From: a virus
Taxonomy: Duplodnaviria > Caudoviricetes
DNA: 44,485 nucleotides
Reading direction: 5' to 3' (one strand)
Virus record (IMG/VR): IMGVR_UViG_3300037483_000521
Location: 1-44,485 of that record
The notes beneath the pieces are model-generated. The model was not told where the DNA came from and did no database searches. It saw only the letters and a program-made list of their open reading frames with translations. Below are positions 43,185 through 44,485 of the stretch, piece after piece; position 1 is the stretch's first letter; each line of letters begins with the position of its first letter. The translations under genes and the position numbers were made by a program.

Positions 43185-43759
43185 TAAGCCCTCGCGGTGA
43201 TCCAGGTGTCGTCGGGCGGCGTGTCGGGGGTCTGCTCGTAGGCGTTGTTGCGTTTAGCGTCGGCCAGCGCGGTCTTGATGTCGTCCTTGATGCTGTCCAT
43301 CTTGGTGTTCGACTGCGTGACTTCTTCGCACATGGCGGCGGCCAGTTGCAGCGCCAGCGCCTCACGGAAATCCGCGTGCATGTCGTTCGGATCGGTGATG
43401 ATCTTCTTGTACCGCACGTTCAGCGGCGCGGCCCAATCCGTGATAATTTTGCGGCCTTCCACCGTCCAGTCCAGATCGGGCATGTTGGGCGGGATGATGC
43501 CAAGGCAGTCCGCCGGCAGCGTAAACGCGTTGCCGTCTGGCACGGTCCCGTCCGTCTCGATCGGCGCCGTGGCGTCCGCCGCCAGTTGTACCCGCGTAAT
43601 GGCAAACGACCACCGATACCGCCGGAGCAGCGCGTCACGCACGGGCTCGTACGCGTTGTTGCAGGCGCGAGCGTTCTTGCTGTCATCGCTCAACGATGCG
43701 ATTCGAGCAGCACCCAGGCGCTGCAGCGCGCGATTACAGATGCCGACTACAGATGCCAT
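43184..43759 (-). CDS. Tail tubular protein A (adaptor/gatekeeper)
   Basis: ICNRALQRLG..I.SL, WSFA and LPADCL motifs. Confidence 0.9.
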   Translation of the reverse strand: MASVVGICNRALQRLGAARIASLSDDSKNARACNNAYEPVRDALLRRYRWSFAITRVQLAADATAPIETDGTVPDGNAFTLPADCLGIIPPNMPDLDWTVEGRKIITDWAAPLNVRYKKIITDPNDMHADFREALALQLAAAMCEEVTQSNTKMDSIKDDIKTALADAKRNNAYEQTPDTPPDDTWITARA

Positions 43760-43826
43760 TTATAAGTCCTCGCTTTCAGGTGCGCCGCGTGGACCGGGAT
43801 GGAGAAAAACAGGAGAAGCAGAATTC

Positions 43827-44342
43827 TCATGTCCAATCCACGCAACGCGGACTCAAAACTTTATTGCCCCTCGCCCACTCCCCGCCCATCCACTTAGCCT
43901 CGGTGAGATAGTTGCTGGGGAAATCGCCATCAAAAACAAAGAGTGCCGCGCCATATAAATTTCCAATTATCCTGGCATAGATAGACGGAACGATAGTAGC
44001 GATGGCCGCTAAAGACTGTTGAGTCATGCTGTTGATCGTGCTCCCGGTTCCAACCAGTTCAGATGCGTCAAACGTACCTGTCGCGCTCCCGTAAGACCAA
44101 ACAGTGTAGTCTGTTCCCGATACATGCGCTCCGATTGATGCTTGCACAACCGTACTCCCGTCCGAGGCAATACAGGTGTGTGTTCCGCTTGCAGAAATTC
44201 CAGTCAAAATACCGGCGTAAGTGGCGGCCGGAATCGCCGTTGAATGATACCCCCAATGCGCCGATACGGGATTTCCCGTTATGATCCTGCCAGCGATTAC
44301 AGAAAGAAATTTCTTGGTCCCGACGCTGTACGTGCCCTCCGG
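43827..44342 (-). CDS. 3' part of the 274-aa junction-spanning virion protein
   Basis: Continues the 1..309 frame; the C-terminus aligns by eye with that of 310..1062. Confidence 0.75.
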   Translation of the reverse strand, partial: PEGTYSVGTKKFLSVIAGRIITGNPVSAHWGYHSTAIPAATYAGILTGISASGTHTCIASDGSTVVQASIGAHVSGTDYTVWSYGSATGTFDASELVGTGSTINSMTQQSLAAIATIVPSIYARIIGNLYGAALFVFDGDFPSNYLTEAKWMGGEWARGNKVLSPRCVDWT

Positions 44343-44468
44343 AACCGTGGGCACATACAAGTCAAATTCTTGTCCTGAGACCCCAGCTAAAATGGTGACT
44401 GAGTTTGGGATAGGCACGAACACCGAAGGCACGTCGTACGTCCACATTCCACCCCAGGTCACTCTGGG
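44343..44468. repeat. Terminal direct repeat, copy 2
   Basis: Identical to 1-126. Confidence 0.95.
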
Positions 44469-44485
44469 GTGGAATGTGGACGTAC

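Noticed and set aside
41016-43187. 723-aa plus-strand ORF, and similar long antisense ORFs over the portal, scaffold and nuclease genes
   Set aside because: They mirror well-supported genes; antisense shadow frames are expected with GC-rich codon usage.
44436-44485. 22-bp perfect hairpin at the contig end, suggesting a hairpin telomere
   Set aside because: The same locus at 94-143 continues normally inside a gene and no protelomerase is present. It is most likely a fold-back read or assembly artefact.

Overview
The window is an apparently complete genome (44,342 bp unique) of a temperate, short-tailed dsDNA phage. Bases 1-126 repeat at 44343-44468, and the last 22 nt are a fold-back that is probably an artefact. 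The minus strand carries the virion and lysis genes: TerS, TerL, portal, scaffold, capsid, tail tubular A/B, three internal virion proteins, a beta-helix tailspike, an M15 endolysin and holins. The plus strand carries early, replication and lysogeny genes: RuvC-like resolvase, dATP/dGTP diphosphohydrolase, SNF2 helicase, Cas4-like nuclease, SSB, metallophosphoesterase, family A DNA polymerase, TraR-like protein, a split primase/helicase, a DNA methyltransferase and a tyrosine integrase. An XRE repressor and an attP (3' half of tRNA-Thr(CGT)) lie within this arm on the minus strand. Lipoproteins and gene content suggest a Gram-negative host (inference). The most unusual signals are: (1) a gene-cassette array at 15.2-16.3 kb, where each cargo gene follows an identical 48-bp repeat encoding a 13-aa coupling mini-ORF, a hairpin and an RBS, with related start-duplication patterns at three other loci; (2) a CAAC-N2-GTTG box placed exactly 6 bp after the -35 element in six promoters; (3) an Sm/LSm-like gene in the packaging module; (4) tandem paralogous virion genes separated by a single in-frame TGA across the contig junction; (5) a primase-helicase split in two. 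All protein family calls come from motif recognition by eye; no searches were run.
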